A stretch of 63,964 nucleotides of DNA, counting the filler, from Octopus bimaculoides (taxonomy: Eukaryota), in the NCBI RefSeq assembly GCF_001194135.2. It is 5 parts of 5 records of this genome, joined end to end, with 100 filler letters (N's around TTAATTAATTAA, not from the genome) between each part and the next. Parts side by side here need not be neighbours in the genome. Positions count along the whole stretch, not along the records: positions 37,445 to 58,385 come from NC_068986.1; 4 more parts are not named here. One strand, given 5' to 3'. Positions 39,000-51,582 of this stretch are shown here, in pieces. The position numbers and the translations under genes were made by a program. The notes below the pieces were generated by a model that saw nothing but the letters and a program-made list of their open reading frames with translations, had not been told where the DNA came from and ran no database searches. How positions within the stretch are numbered: position 1 is the first letter of the stretch; every line of letters begins with the position of its first letter.

Positions 39000-40420
39000 A
39001 TACGTTATGAAATTCTAGGGTTTTGATTGTTGATTTGTCTGCATCTTTTTCTTTAGATATTCGCAACTCATCTAATATAATGAATGCTTTTGTTTTCAAT
39101 CTTCGCTTTTTATTTATCTCCTTTTCGAGATTTTATAAAGAAATAGCTTTTTCATTCACTCAGAGATATAGATCCATTTGTTACGACTGATATTTCGATC
39201 ATGAGGTATTTCCTGTCCTGATCATCCTCGATAACAATATTCGTTCTATTTTTCTTTATCTCTGTGGATTATCATTTTCTAAGAATGTCGCTACTTCGTC
39301 ATTCTTTGAGACATTTTCTTGCATATATTTATATAATCTTTTCTGACTTCATATCATAATAGCAGCATAAATGCCATCGCAAGAATGCTCCTATATTCTT
39401 ATACGTATATATGTGCTTTTTCTTAACACTAGCAACCACAGAAAATTAATTGCTTCTTTCCGATCTCCACTTGCTCTCTTCTTAATGTATTCACGCCTGT
39501 AGTAGTTTCTAAGAAGAATGCGTTAACTGTGTCGCAGTCAAAACTCCTGTTCTTGATTTGATTCCAGCACTTCTCATGTACTAAGATGTTACATTATTCC
39601 CATCTCCTTGTTGGCCAAGCAAATGCTTTTCATGACACCAATTTAACATGACATACAACCCAATTTTCAGCTTAGGTTTTAATGTTTTTATTATTTTTCT
39701 TCTTGTGTCTCGCTTCCTTCACAATTTTCTGCTACTCCAGATAATGTTTAAAATTAGATGAATTCGTTGAAGATAAAAATCAGGTTTTTTCTTATGTTTC
39801 GTTTTGAACATGTTTTGTCGGTAGTTGTACTACTGTTATATTATATTTTTATCTGTGTACAGTAAACATCTTATAATATTTTTCTGCTTACAGGAAAATC
39901 TTTTCCATTGTAAATATAATATTTTGTTATATTTTACATTGTGTTTTTTTTTAAATATTGTCATTATTTTTCTTCTTAATCTTAATAATTTTGCTAATTC
40001 ACTTTGCGCCTCTTTAAGAATGTTATAACTATAACATAATAGTGGAACAGTTTCGTATTGATGTATAATACCAGGAGCGGAGCTCGCATTCTTTGGTCCT
40101 GTTTTAAACATCAATTTAATGAGTCTATAGCATACCTTCATGATATTTCTGTTCATTTATATATGTTGTGCTTTGTCTAGTTCATGGTTTTCTCATTATT
40201 TTAAGGCCTATGCCTAATTCATGAGTCTGTTTCTTTAATTAACACAGTATTAGTGTTTCAGTAAATTCTCCTCTCTTCAAGATTGCCAAGACGTATATTG
40301 CTAATCCTCTTGTAAATCTCTATACTATATGAAGCAATGTTTCTAGTTGCTTCCCCTTTGAAGTATATAACTTTGAGGTCATTCATGTACAGTAAACGGC
40401 TGACCGTTTTTCCATAGCAT
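39000..40420 (-). mobile_element. R4/Dong-like LINE remnant (RT to RLE), heavily degraded
   Basis: VSRLLYMNDLK (YMDD motif) near 40390. ORF 39836-40156 gives VPLLCYSYNIL...SELAKL...RKIMT...ILYL. GAFLRWHLCCYY and EIKKNRTNIVIED...LMIEISV lie near 39200-39400. Confidence 0.7.
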
Positions 40421-40471
40421 TTGTTTTCCATAGCATTTGTTTAATTCCAAACCATTATTATTACCATTATC

Positions 40472-40672
40472 AAGGCGATGAGTTGGCCGAATTGTTAACA
40501 TACTGAATAAAATGCTTAACGATATTTTGTCAATTTTCATGTTATGAGTTCAAATTCCGCCGAGGATGCATTTCATCCTTTCGGGATCGATAAAATAAGT
40601 ACCAGTTGAACACTGGGGTCGATGTAATCGACTTAACCCCTGCCCCGAAGTTGCTAACCTTGTGCTAAAATA
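40472..40672 (+). mobile_element. SINE family A
   Basis: AAGGCGATGAGTTGGCCGAATTGTTAAC...GAGTTCAAATTCCGCCGAGG...AAGTACCAGTTGAACACTGGGGTCGATGTAATCGACTT. Confidence 0.9.
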
Positions 40673-40689
40673 TTGTATGATGAGGAAGA

Positions 40690-41400
40690 CTGAAAAGGTT
40701 GAAAGCATTTTGTTTATTGGTTTAAGTAGTAATACCGTTTTCCTCTTAGGTTTTCTTACTGGTCCATGAGCTTCATCATTCTCTGCATGGGTGCATTGGC
40801 ATATACCAGAGCATATCTGCGTTATAATTTTTTGAACTCTCTTCTAGTGTAGTTTTTATTTATTTTTTGTTTGTTTCTTTGTTTATTTATTTATTTACTT
40901 TTTGTGGTTGCACTTCAAAATGCTGTCATAACTTACATTGTTTATTAGCTGCAATTATGTCTTGTCGGTATGTTGGTAAACACTGGGCAACCAGAGACAA
41001 TGCAGTTGATTATTTCCTTCAAACTTTTATGTATTTTCTAGTTAATTGACATGTTTGCAGTTAATATATTCTGCTTTATGATACTTTGATTTGTTTCTAG
41101 TGAGATGGTTTTGATCCTGTCTCACGCTGAAGTGCCTCCTGCTTCAGTTTTAAAACCTACGCTTCTCATCCAGTACTGCGTTTGTCTCTATCTATTACCA
41201 CACTGTTTCTTTCTCCAGCTGTTAACCACGAAGAGCTTTACATGTTACTGTTTTATCATGGCATTCCATAGCACTATTTGTTCTTTCTCTTTCTTCATAA
41301 GTATCTTTCTTTCAGTACGTTTTGTATTTGTTTGCTTTAGAGGATAGAAGGCATTTTGTTTTGTTTAGATTTTATAGACACTTGCGTCGGCATTCGGTTA
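40690..41400 (-). mobile_element. Second R4/Dong-like LINE remnant (C-terminal region)
   Basis: SWRKKQCG...TQYWMRSVGFKTEAG, QDQNHLTRN, EIINCIVSGCPV...RHN and LWYMPMHP, in canonical order. Confidence 0.7.
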
Positions 41401-41682
41401 TATTTTACAAGGTATTTTTCTACATCTACAAGTGTATATTTATAAAAATATAAAAGTTTTCTTGTTGTAAAAGGTTCCTTCATGAATTTCTGATAAATAT
41501 AATCTTTCTACGACAGATTTCCATTGATTTATTCAAAATACAGTCATTCTTTTCCTTGTCTGTCTAGTCTTGGTAATTCAGTCAGAGTTCAGTTAAAAAT
41601 ATTATAGGATAATTTGTTTTGGGTCAACAAAAGTCCTAATGATTATTATCTTATTACTGCTGCATTAATCTAATGCAGTAGT

Positions 41683-41925
41683 GTAGGCGTATGGTTTACT
41701 GGTTAGGGGGTTGCACTCTTGATCGTAAGACTGAGGTTTCGATTCCTGAACAGAACGAAGCATTGTGTTCTTGAGTAACACTCTTCATTTCACGTTGCTC
41801 CAGTCCACTTAGTTGGCAAAAACTAATAATCTTGCCACTGATATATTCCTCGTGCAGGGTGAATATATAGACTACAGAAACCAGGGAACCGGCCTACATG
41901 ACTCGGGAATGAGTTTTATCCTTTT
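41683..41925 (+). mobile_element. tRNA-derived SINE, family C
   Basis: GTAGGCGTATGGTTTACTGGTTAGGGG...GAGGTTTCGATTCC (A/B-box-like) then CATTGTGTTCTTGAGTAACAC...TTCACGTTGCTCCAGTCCAC. Confidence 0.75.
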
Positions 41926-42246
41926 CATCTAATGCACTTATAATATTACTTCCTAATCTTTAAAGTATATGCTGTCCAGTTCATTGATTTTTATATTTAA
42001 TTCGTGTACTTTTCTCATTTTCTTTATCTGGCATATTATTAGTGTACTCATTTTTTTTCTCTTGAAAGTTGCCATAACAAATTTTTAAAACCCAAATTAC
42101 TTATTGATTTGTTTGATATATCTCTCTTCAGTAGTGTTTTCAAGTTGTTTATGATCTTCAGTATACAAGTTCGATCGTCCATATGCAAAAACAACCCACT
42201 TGGTTGTCCTATCATAAAATTTGTATGCGAGTTCTTACCCTGTCTA

Positions 42247-42637
42247 TGTTGTTGTTGTTGGCACTCCGTCGCTTACGACGTCGAGAGTTCCAGATGATCC
42301 GATCAACGGAACAGCCTGCTCGTGAAATTAACTTGCATGTGGCTGAGCACTCCACACACACGTGTACTCTTAACGTAGTTCTCGGGGATATTCAGCGTGA
42401 CACGGTGTGACAAGGCTGACCCTTTGAACTACAGGCACAACAGAAACAGGAAGTAAGAGTGAGAGAAAGTTGTGGTGGAAGAGTACAGCAGGGTTCACCA
42501 CCATCCCCTGCCGGAGCCTCGTGCAGCTTTAGGTGTTTTCGCTCAATAAACACTCACAACACCCGTTCTAGGAATCGAAACCGCGATCCTATGACCACGA
42601 GTCCGCTGCCCTAACCACTGGGCCATTGTGCCTCCAC
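42247..42637 (-). mobile_element. Full-length tRNA-derived SINE, family D, with (CAA)n tail and 11-bp TSD
   Basis: Head GTGGAGGCACAATGGCCCAGTGGTTAGGGCAGCGGACTC...GGTTTCGATTCC; tail GGAGTGCCAACAACAACAAC. TACCCTGTCTA flanks it at 42236-42246 and 42638-42648. Confidence 0.95.
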
Positions 42638-42999
42638 TACCCTGTCTAATACATCAGCTAAAGGTTCACTTGAAACATTGCCTTGCTCATGGAAATGAGG
42701 TTCGTTTTTATGTTCTCTTTTCTCTGTACCAATAAAACTGTTTGCAGTTTACTCATGGCCTCCTTCATGTTTCTATTTATTACTATTACCACCTTACGGT
42801 TAATGTTTCCAAAACCCACGTGTGGGGAATACTGTCAAAAGCCTTCTGATTAATGCATACCTACGTTAGAAAATATCATCATCATCAACAACATCATCAT
42901 CCTCCTCCTCATCATCATCACCACCGCCTCCACCACTATCATCATCACCATCATCGTCGTCGTCGTCATCATCATTATTATCATTATTGTTATTATTAT

Positions 43000-43250
43000 G
43001 GTGGTGAACTGGGAGAATTGGTAGCTTGCCGGGTGATGCGCTTAGCGTCCTTTCACTTAAGAAGTTCTTGACTAAATCGCTCTGGCTTCCGGTTGAGCAG
43101 TGTATTTTGCTCAAAGGATCGTTTTCGTTTTTCATAATTATCTTCTTGTGGGACTCTGGTGAAAGACTCATTTATTTACACCGAATTGCCTGAAGGTAAT
43201 TCGGTTCAGCGCACAACTGAAATAATCGCTGTCGTAACCGACGGAGGATT
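43000..43250 (+). mobile_element. Chimeric SINE: family A head with a family D-like tail
   Basis: GGTGGTGAACTGGGAGAATTGGTAGC...GCTTAGCG (to 43047). 43217-43246 matches the family D tail at 23/30 nt. Confidence 0.55.
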
Positions 43251-43263
43251 TATTCATTCTTGC

Positions 43264-43385
43264 ATGGATGGATGGATGGATGAATGGATGGATGGATGGA
43301 TGGATGGATGGATGGATGGACGGACGGACGGACGGACGGACGGACGGATGGATGGATGGATGGATGGATGGATGGATGGATGGAT
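43264..43385. repeat. (GGAT)/(GGAC)n microsatellite
   Basis: Read directly. Confidence 0.95.
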
Positions 43386-45122
43386 GTTTAAGGCATAAAA
43401 CTTTTTTGACTTGAGTTTGGTCTTGCATTTTTTATCGTCCAGACTATGGCAATGATCTGCAGTTTATGAATTTTCAGACATCCTATATTTATAACTAAAT
43501 TATCCACGCTTCCTTTTTTTAAAAATAGAGATTATATATGTGCGTATATGCTTATATACGCACATACATATGTTTGTGTCTCAGTGCGTCTGAGTGTGAA
43601 AGTATGTAAATGTGTATGTATAGATGTTTTCATTAGAGTGTTTGTGTATATCTCCAATACAACTCCTAGAAGTATATTATATGCAGTTGATAAAATTTTT
43701 AATAAGTTTCTATTTATATTATACTAAGCAAAAGTAAATATATAAAACTTAAACAGTGCGTCTGTAGTTTTATATTTTCTTTTTTACAGACAATAGAATA
43801 CAAAATATAACAAAAACGAAAACAGACGATGATATACTTAGTTGCTGCTTCTGAAAAAATAGAATAGCATAACCTTGTTTAGTACCCCTAGGGTAGCAAC
43901 TAATAGTTTTATACCCTTGGCATTATTATTGGGTGATATAGCTCCATATTATTCCCCAGTGACTGCGCAAGTGAATATCTACGTTTGTAATTGGTTTACC
44001 ATGCAACAAAACCCACAACTTGAATTATATGACGAGTAAATTTAACCGGATATTATAAATGCATGAGTTGAAAATAATTTATACTATCTAGGGGAAGCAC
44101 TTTGATGTTCAGAAACCAAGCATTTGTCGATTGTCTTTCTATATCCATGCCAGTATTATATTTCACGCAATGACTTAACCCATCCTTTTATTCAAACGTG
44201 CACAGAAATTCGGCTGTACACTGATATATTTTGGTGTGTAGAAAGACATGTGACTAAAATATCGTTCTAAACGAAAAGTTTTCATTTGTATTATTACACT
44301 GAATAACCTTATACGCTATATAAAAATAGGAAGAAATGTGTTGTAAATCATATATGAAACGATAAAAATACACGATATTAATATACAATTATATATAAAA
44401 ATTAAATGACGGACTCTCGGCTAGATTATTGTTCATATCATGTTACAAAAAAGAATATTATAATTACACTGCAGTCAAACTGGTTACATGTACATTAATG
44501 TTACTGCTTTCTTCTGATCTTGAGTTTCAATAGCCAGACGAGTATTGTGACGAAGTGGGCATAGCATTCAGGACATTCTAGTATCTCAGATAGCGTTTTA
44601 TTGCCAATGGTATTTATTTAATAAGAGCCGTCAGAATTATGTTACAATAAAATTCCAAAATATCGCTTGTCTGCTAAATACATTATAGATGCAACTGCAA
44701 ACAATAATTTCGAAGTAGCATCAAAATTTACGCATACTTTTCACTTATTAATAACCGTTTCATGATTGCAGAAGTGTATTGGATTGATATTGGACGAAAC
44801 TACATAATTCCATTAAAACTAAAACTAGAAATGATTTCTATTGACTAGTTTCTTTTTGTAAAGGTTGGAGTATTATCGATTTAACAGACTGCACTATATA
44901 GTTCGAAGTTACTTTATCGATTCCTGACAGAAGACAGGCGAAGTCGATTCCAGAGGGTTTTGAATGCAAGGAAGCCCAACCCTTTACTTTGTGAACAACT
45001 CGACAGCCATCGGCCTGTACATATGTATGCATATATACATACATGATTACATGCATATGTAAATATATATATATAAAAATATATAAATACACATATATAT
45101 ATAAATGTATATAAATTCATAC

Positions 45123-45209
<87 letters not shown>

Positions 45210-45508
45210 NNNNNNNNNNNNNNNNNNNNNNNNNNNNNNNNNNNNNNNNNNNNNNNNNNNNNNNNNNNNNNNNNNNNNNNNNNNNNNNNNNNNNNNNNNN
45301 NNNNNNNNNNNNNNNNNNNNNNNNNNNNNNNNNNNNNNNNNNNNNNNNNNNNNNNNNNNNNNNNNNNNNNNNNNNNNNNNNNNNNNNNNNNNNNNNNNNN
45401 NNNNNNNNNNNNNNNNNNNNNNNNNNNNNNNNNNNNNNNNNNNNNNNNNNNNNNNNNNNNNNNNNNNNNNNNNNNNNNNNNNNNNNNNNNNNNNNNNNNN
45501 NNNNNNNN

Positions 45509-45565
<57 letters not shown>

Positions 45566-46119
45566 ATATACGTGTATGTACGTATGTATGTATATATTTA
45601 TATACATATTCCTTTTCTTTATCTAGTGTTTGGTTTAGGTAAGTGAAATATATTTTCTTTAAGGTAATGTTGAGACCAAAGGCGCTTTCAGCACGAAATT
45701 TTCATCCAAAAATGTTGAACTTCGAGAAAAGGTACAGAAAAGATACAAACTCACTTGTCAAAGTTAAAAAATCAAAACAAACAATACTGGAGCCAAGACA
45801 CAACCTTACATAAAGCTATTACTGTCTCCGAAAAATTTGGATGGTTCTTCGCATGAGATTATTACTCGTGAAAAGAAATAATGACATTTGGCATATTAAC
45901 AAGCATTCTGTTCAATCTCGTCGAAAGCCTCAGTAAAATCTATTAAAACAAGTTACAATCGTTGATTTCTCGTCCCTAATTTTCTTGTAGCTAATTTCAA
46001 AGATTATATTATATCGGTCACCCTTCTGCCGATCTAAAACTACGATTGAATTCAAAGTAATTTTTTCCCACACGATAAGTTGTCACCTTACTTAAAATGT
46101 TACATGTTCAATAAAGCAA

Positions 46120-46493
46120 TAACAAGAGCACTCAAAGAGCGCAAACCTCCGCCAAGGCAACATCAATGTCCTCTAAACGATTATCCAGAGATGATTTTTA
46201 AAATGAGAATATCTGAAATAAACTCGACCGCTCTCACAAACGAAAATACTAAAATTGAACCCGACCGCTCTCAAAAATTAAGCAAAAAAAAAAAAAGGGA
46301 AGAATAATTCAGAATCCTTGTCTGATACCGAATCGATCCCAAAATCTAATCAGTTCATGCTAGTCACGAGGCCAAACATTCCTGAAAGTTTCATCCGAAT
46401 CCATTCAGCGATTCTTGAGATATCTTACCCACGGACAAACAAACAAAGGCGACTGAAACAATACCTCCGCCTTCGCTTAGGCAGAGGCAATAA
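46120..46493 (+). mobile_element. Non-autonomous Helentron/Helitron2-like element
   Basis: 5' hairpin GCACTC-AAA-GAGCGC plus ACCTCCGCC (46145-46153); 3' hairpin CCTCCGCCT-TCGCTT-AGGCAGAGG (46464-46487); short (AAAC)n near the 3' end. Confidence 0.55.
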
Positions 46494-46534
46494 AAGGGAA
46501 GTGCTGTGACAATTGTCACAAATTACTTTGTCAT

Positions 46535-46922
46535 ATCTTTTACTTGTTTCAGTCTTTAAACTGCAGCCATGCTGGGGCACTGCCTTGAAGAATTTTCAAT
46601 CGAATGTATCGACGCCAGTAGTTATTATTTTTAAGTACTTGTACTTATTATATCAGTCCTTTAGTCGAACCGCTAAGTTACGGGAACGTAAACACAGCAA
46701 CACCGGCTGTCAAACAGTAGGCAGGGACAAGCACAAACACAAAAAGACACACACTCACACATAGATATATACATATATACGACAGGCTTCTTTCAGTTTT
46801 TGTCTCCTAAATCCACGCGCCAGACTTTGGTTGGCCCGAGGCTATAGTAGAAAACACTTGCTCAAGGTGCTATGCAATTGGGACTGAACCTGGGTTGGGA
46901 AGCAAGATTCTTACAACAAAAG
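46535..46922 (-). mobile_element. SINE family B
   Basis: TTTTACTTGTTTCAGTC...GCCATGCTGGGGCAC...GGCCCGAGGCTATAGTAGAAAACACTTGCTCAAGG. Confidence 0.9.
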
Positions 46923-47322
46923 CAGAAGCAAATGCCATATTCATGCCGTTTTTAATGCAGCATGAATTTCATAAGTTTATATGCAAGATGTAATGCTTCT
47001 GTATTTGTGCCTGCATTGGCCATTGATCATACTGCTAATTTGTTCATGCAGTGATGAACCTCACGAGATATAATGTATCAGTCTGAACGTGTTGCACTCT
47101 TTACACCTTTGAGTCTATTTTTGTTTGCCTACAATTTTCTGATTTTAGCCACAGCGGAGGTGGGCAAAGCGCCAAAGTTAATATTCCTTTAACCTTATTG
47201 CCGGTGATGAGTATCCCAGCAGAGAGTTTTTTGCGAGTGAAGCTATTAATGTTTTAATTATTTTGTCTGTCTTTTATTTTTGTATGAGCTGAGAGAATAA
47301 AAATTATTTTAGGATGCTGTTT

Positions 47323-47337
47323 TTGTTGTTGCTGTCG

Positions 47338-47396
<59 letters not shown>
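47323..47396. repeat. (GTT)n microsatellite
   Basis: Read directly. Confidence 0.95.
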
Positions 47397-49980
47397 GCTG
47401 TTGCTACTGCTGCTGCTGTCGATACGTTCTCACATTTTGTCTCGTATGTAGTGGCAGGAACTAGAAAGAAAATTGCTGCAGTATGAAAAAAAAAGGGGAT
47501 AATAGAGCTCCTTGCAAAGACATGATTTTGTTTGACTGTGCTATGTGTGAGATTGGCTTCCATACAACCTTTGATAATGTGTAATGCATTTTTACTTATA
47601 AGTTGTGGCTTCGTGTAATGCACTGTGGAGTGACTGTGAGCCCATATGGGTCAGGCATATTTCCTGATGAATATAAAGCAGTGTTTGTATACCAATGTTG
47701 TTTCTTGTTGGCTACAGACATGAGCTGTGATTGCTTAAAGAATGTTTGTATTTCATTTTGCTTCCCTTTTACTGTCTTCTACAGGTGCAGAAAAATGTTG
47801 TGAATGTGTTGTATGTCAGTTATTGTATTTTTGTACATAATGTGTGCATGGTATGTTTATTTTGTTGAGTATGCAGCTTTTTTGTATCTGATATTTTCTG
47901 TAATTGCTAGTAACTAAGGATTTCGTAGGTGCTACATCAAGTTTGTTGTCTTGGAGCCTGATTTCTGTTTTCAAGTTGCATCAATCTCACCAATCGTGAT
48001 TGTAGATAACCGGGAAAATATCGACCAGAATATTCCTTTTTTCTTGGGGTGAATTCCTCCCAAACTCTGATAATCATGTTTTTTTAAAAAAAGGAAAACA
48101 TGAACACGTATCTGTGCGATGTATGCATAATTCTTTTATTTCTATTACGTGTTTTGTAACACAAACACACGGGCGCGCGCGCACACACACACACACACAC
48201 ATCTCGATAAGCAACAGCAATACTCCCATACTACATTACATGTGATAAGCAACTGCTCTTAGCAATATGTAGTATCATCTTCAACTATGTGGAAGCATAG
48301 TTTATCTGAACTGCTGCACCATACGTGGTTGTGCTATAAGTCTTCGTAGTCAGAACTGACCAACCTTGTAAATTAATTTCTTGTTGACTATGAAATCTAT
48401 GTTTGATAAAACGTGAAAATACATTTAAAGCTTAAAATGTATCTTTTCATTGTATCATCCCTTAAAATAAGTATCATGAAATACTGTAAAATGCCTGCGA
48501 ATCAGGTTGGAGGCCCTAAACGTTAGTGCTTGGTTTCAGTGTCAGGGCGCTAATGATTAATAACACTTCTAAATAGATATCAGTCCTTCGCCAATATCAG
48601 GCCTCAAACGTTTCACAGATATCATCAGCTTATTTATGAACTGAATTGCGCTGTATTAGATGTCTTGATAAGAATACTACATACTAACTCATGAATATTC
48701 GAACTAAAAATTTGTAATTGCCAGCATTGAGGATACGGCCATTTTCTATAAATACATTTAGATCAGTACTTGTCGAAATGTATATAGTTTTTATTTTCTA
48801 GTCAGAAGAGGAAAGACCACGCCGATGACCCTTTCTAGAGGATGAGAGGAACTTAGCCTTTAGCTGGGGACATGACCTTCCCTGAAAGCAATATGGTAGA
48901 CGCGCATTTGCATGGTTTCAGTGTAGCAAATTTAACTTACGGTTGTGGGAGAGAGTGAGAAAGGGAGAATTAGTGAGTGAGTGAGTGAGTGAGTGAGTGA
49001 ACGAGTGAGTGAGTGAGAAATAAAAATAGAGATGGAAATGGGCTCCACCCTAGTAATTGACTGATATTTAATTTATCGAGCGCGCAAGAATGAAAGGTGA
49101 AGTTGACCTCGACGTGATTTGAACACGGAACTCAAAATAATGAATAAATACTACCCAGCAACAAGCATTATGTTTGTCTCGCTAACGCCTCAATCAGCTT
49201 CCTGCCTTCGTGATGTATTAAGATACTGAAATAACTTGTTTAATATTGTTTCAAGTAAATCTGTCAGATTTTTCTTTACAAGATCGGATTTCAAAATTCC
49301 GCTATCCTAAAGTCATAAAACATTTAACATGAATTTCTCTAAATAATGTCATCTCCGTAAATCTATTGTGTAACATCTATCCTTAGGCGGCAGTAGGACT
49401 TAAACTTCAAATATACACACTGAGCAATTACACAAAACTTACGAATGGTAAAAAATGGAATTTATAAGATTATGAAAACAAAAATCAGCTTTGAAATATC
49501 ATCCTACCATTACCGCAGCATGTACGTAGTTAAGTATATAGTTACTCTACAAAAGATATATATATATANNNNNNNNNNNNNNNNNNNNNNNNNNNNNNNN
49601 NNNNNNNNNNNNNNNNNNNNNNNNNNNNNNNNNNNNNNNNNNNNNNNNNNNNNNNNNNNNNNNNNNNNNNNNNNNNNNNNNNNNNNNNNNNNNNNNNNNN
49701 NNNNNNNNNNNNNNNNNNNNNNNNNNNNNNNNNNNNNNNNNNNNNNNNNNNNNNNNNNNNNNNNNNNNNNNNNNNNNNNNNNNNNNNNNNNNNNNNNNNN
49801 NNNNNNNNNNNNNNNNNNNNNNNNNNNNNNNNNNNNNNNNNNNNNNNNNNNNNNNNNNNNNNNNNNNNNNNNNNNNNNNNNNNNNNNNNNNNNNNNNNNN
49901 NNNNNNNNNNNNNNNNNNNNNNNNNNNNNNNNNNNNNNNNNNNNNNNNNNNNNNNNNNNNNNNNNNNNNNNNNNNNNNNN

Positions 49981-50021
<41 letters not shown>

Positions 50022-51052
50022 AATATTTAAAAAGTCATCTGTTTCAAAACACAAAAGTATAATAGAAGTTTCTACTGCTAAAGTACCTAAATCACTGTTT
50101 TTGTCCGATTTAAGTATTTTTAGAACTAAGATCTTCAATTACTGAGTATACACAGAACACGCGAGTCACTCAAGTTCTTTGCTTTTTACGTTACCATTCA
50201 AAAAGAAGTGGAATAAATTGCTTCTGACTAGACGCATTACCACTGGATCATATCAATTTCTTAAAGAAAGCCGACACAAAGATCTGAGGGCATTGGGTGG
50301 TATCAGTACAACTCTAGCTTTGTGTACAGCTCATTAACAATGCGTTATGCTTCTTCCCTTTAATGTAACTGACAGTTGATTTGTATTATACATATACATT
50401 TTCCGCATGCCACCACGTTATAGTTCGGTGCAGCCCCAAAGTGAGTTTCATTCTTTTCTTTCTTCATCACATCCCTTCAAAAATATTGTTGTAGTGTTAT
50501 GTTGATTAAATAAAGCAAAGTCAACAGAGTCGTTAATTGGTGAAAAGCGTCGATTTATTTTGTCGTTTTATTTGTTAACCATTATCCTTTCTGTCAGTTA
50601 AACATCATTTAATGCAGTGAAGTAGCTATAGTATCAGGTTTAAAGTTTACACGTTCTCAATGAGCAAATATATTTTCCTGCACTCATCTTTACGGCTATT
50701 TGAATCTTTAGAATGCTTGAATTTGTGAGAAAAGCAACTTGCTATGATGCTAAGCAAGAATAGGAAAATATATTTGTCAATATGTGCAACATGCTCACTT
50801 GCTCACGCATCCTTACACACGCATGCACGCAGTCATACGCATTCATAAACACACCATCTTATTCAAGAAATACGGTTTCATTTTTACATGTTTATATCTA
50901 TGCATGCATGTATATCCGAGAATATATAACCATAAGATAGATGTTTGCCTCCATCTCAGCCCAGTTTTCTATCATTGTTTGTATACTGGTATGATCTCAT
51001 GCTTTTCTCATGGCTTGTGGTATACATATATATAGGAATTTTCTACCTACTT

Positions 51053-51226
51053 AATAATCTTTGCAATCAATTGAATAATCTTTGCAACCAAGTGAATAAT
51101 CTTTGCAAGCATTTGAATAATCTTTGCAACCAAGTGAATAACTTTTGCAACCAAGTGAATAATTTTTGCAAGGAATTTAATAATCTTTACAAGCAATTTA
51201 ATAATTTTTGCAAGCAATTTAATAAT
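51053..51226 (+). repeat. 21-bp minisatellite, about 8 copies
   Basis: Unit AATAATCTTTGCAACCAAGTG and variants. Confidence 0.95.
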
Positions 51227-51528
51227 AAAAATTAGGAAAAATTTTAAATATACACTTTTGTACAATTTATAAGACAAGGTTGTTATTGTTGAATAAAATT
51301 CTAAATTTGAAAAAAATTCGAAATATATTAGATCAAGGTACCCTATCGAAACTAAACTATTTAAAAATTTTTAAAGTTCTAGAAAATAGATTTTTTTTTC
51401 TCTATTAGTCTATAAAAATAAACGAAACAGTGAAAATGAACAAGCTTTAAGAAATGAGAGTGATTCTACTGCTACGAATGTCAATGACCCTGCTGATGCG
51501 AATGAAAATTCAGCAATTCTAACAGCGG

Positions 51529-51582
51529 AAGGCGGCGAGCTGGCAGAAACGTTAGCACGCCGGGCGAAATGCTTAGCAGTAT
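51529..51582 (+). mobile_element. Family A SINE head (interrupted)
   Basis: GGCGGCGAGCTGGCAGAAACGTTAGCACGCCGGGCGAAATGCTTAGCAGTAT; the body resumes at 53113. Confidence 0.9.

Noticed and set aside
42413-42637. SINE heads as genuine tRNA genes
   Set aside because: tRNA-like A/B boxes continue directly into SINE bodies with tails and a TSD; no complete cloverleaf or terminator.
47783-47808. Plus-strand 26-nt exon candidate (TACAG|GTGCAG...GTT|GTATGT)
   Set aside because: It lies in a region whose minus strand shows weak R4-like relics (LVTSNYRKY, IQHI), so the splice signals are probably chance; the LINE call was itself too weak to list.
48607-48630. Minus-strand CTGATGA-TATCTGT-GAAACGTTT
   Set aside because: No stem II and no stem I complementarity; no PLE context seen.
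51053-51226. CRISPR-like interpretation of the 21-bp and 26-bp arrays
   Set aside because: Contiguous units with no unique spacers, eukaryotic context and no cas genes.
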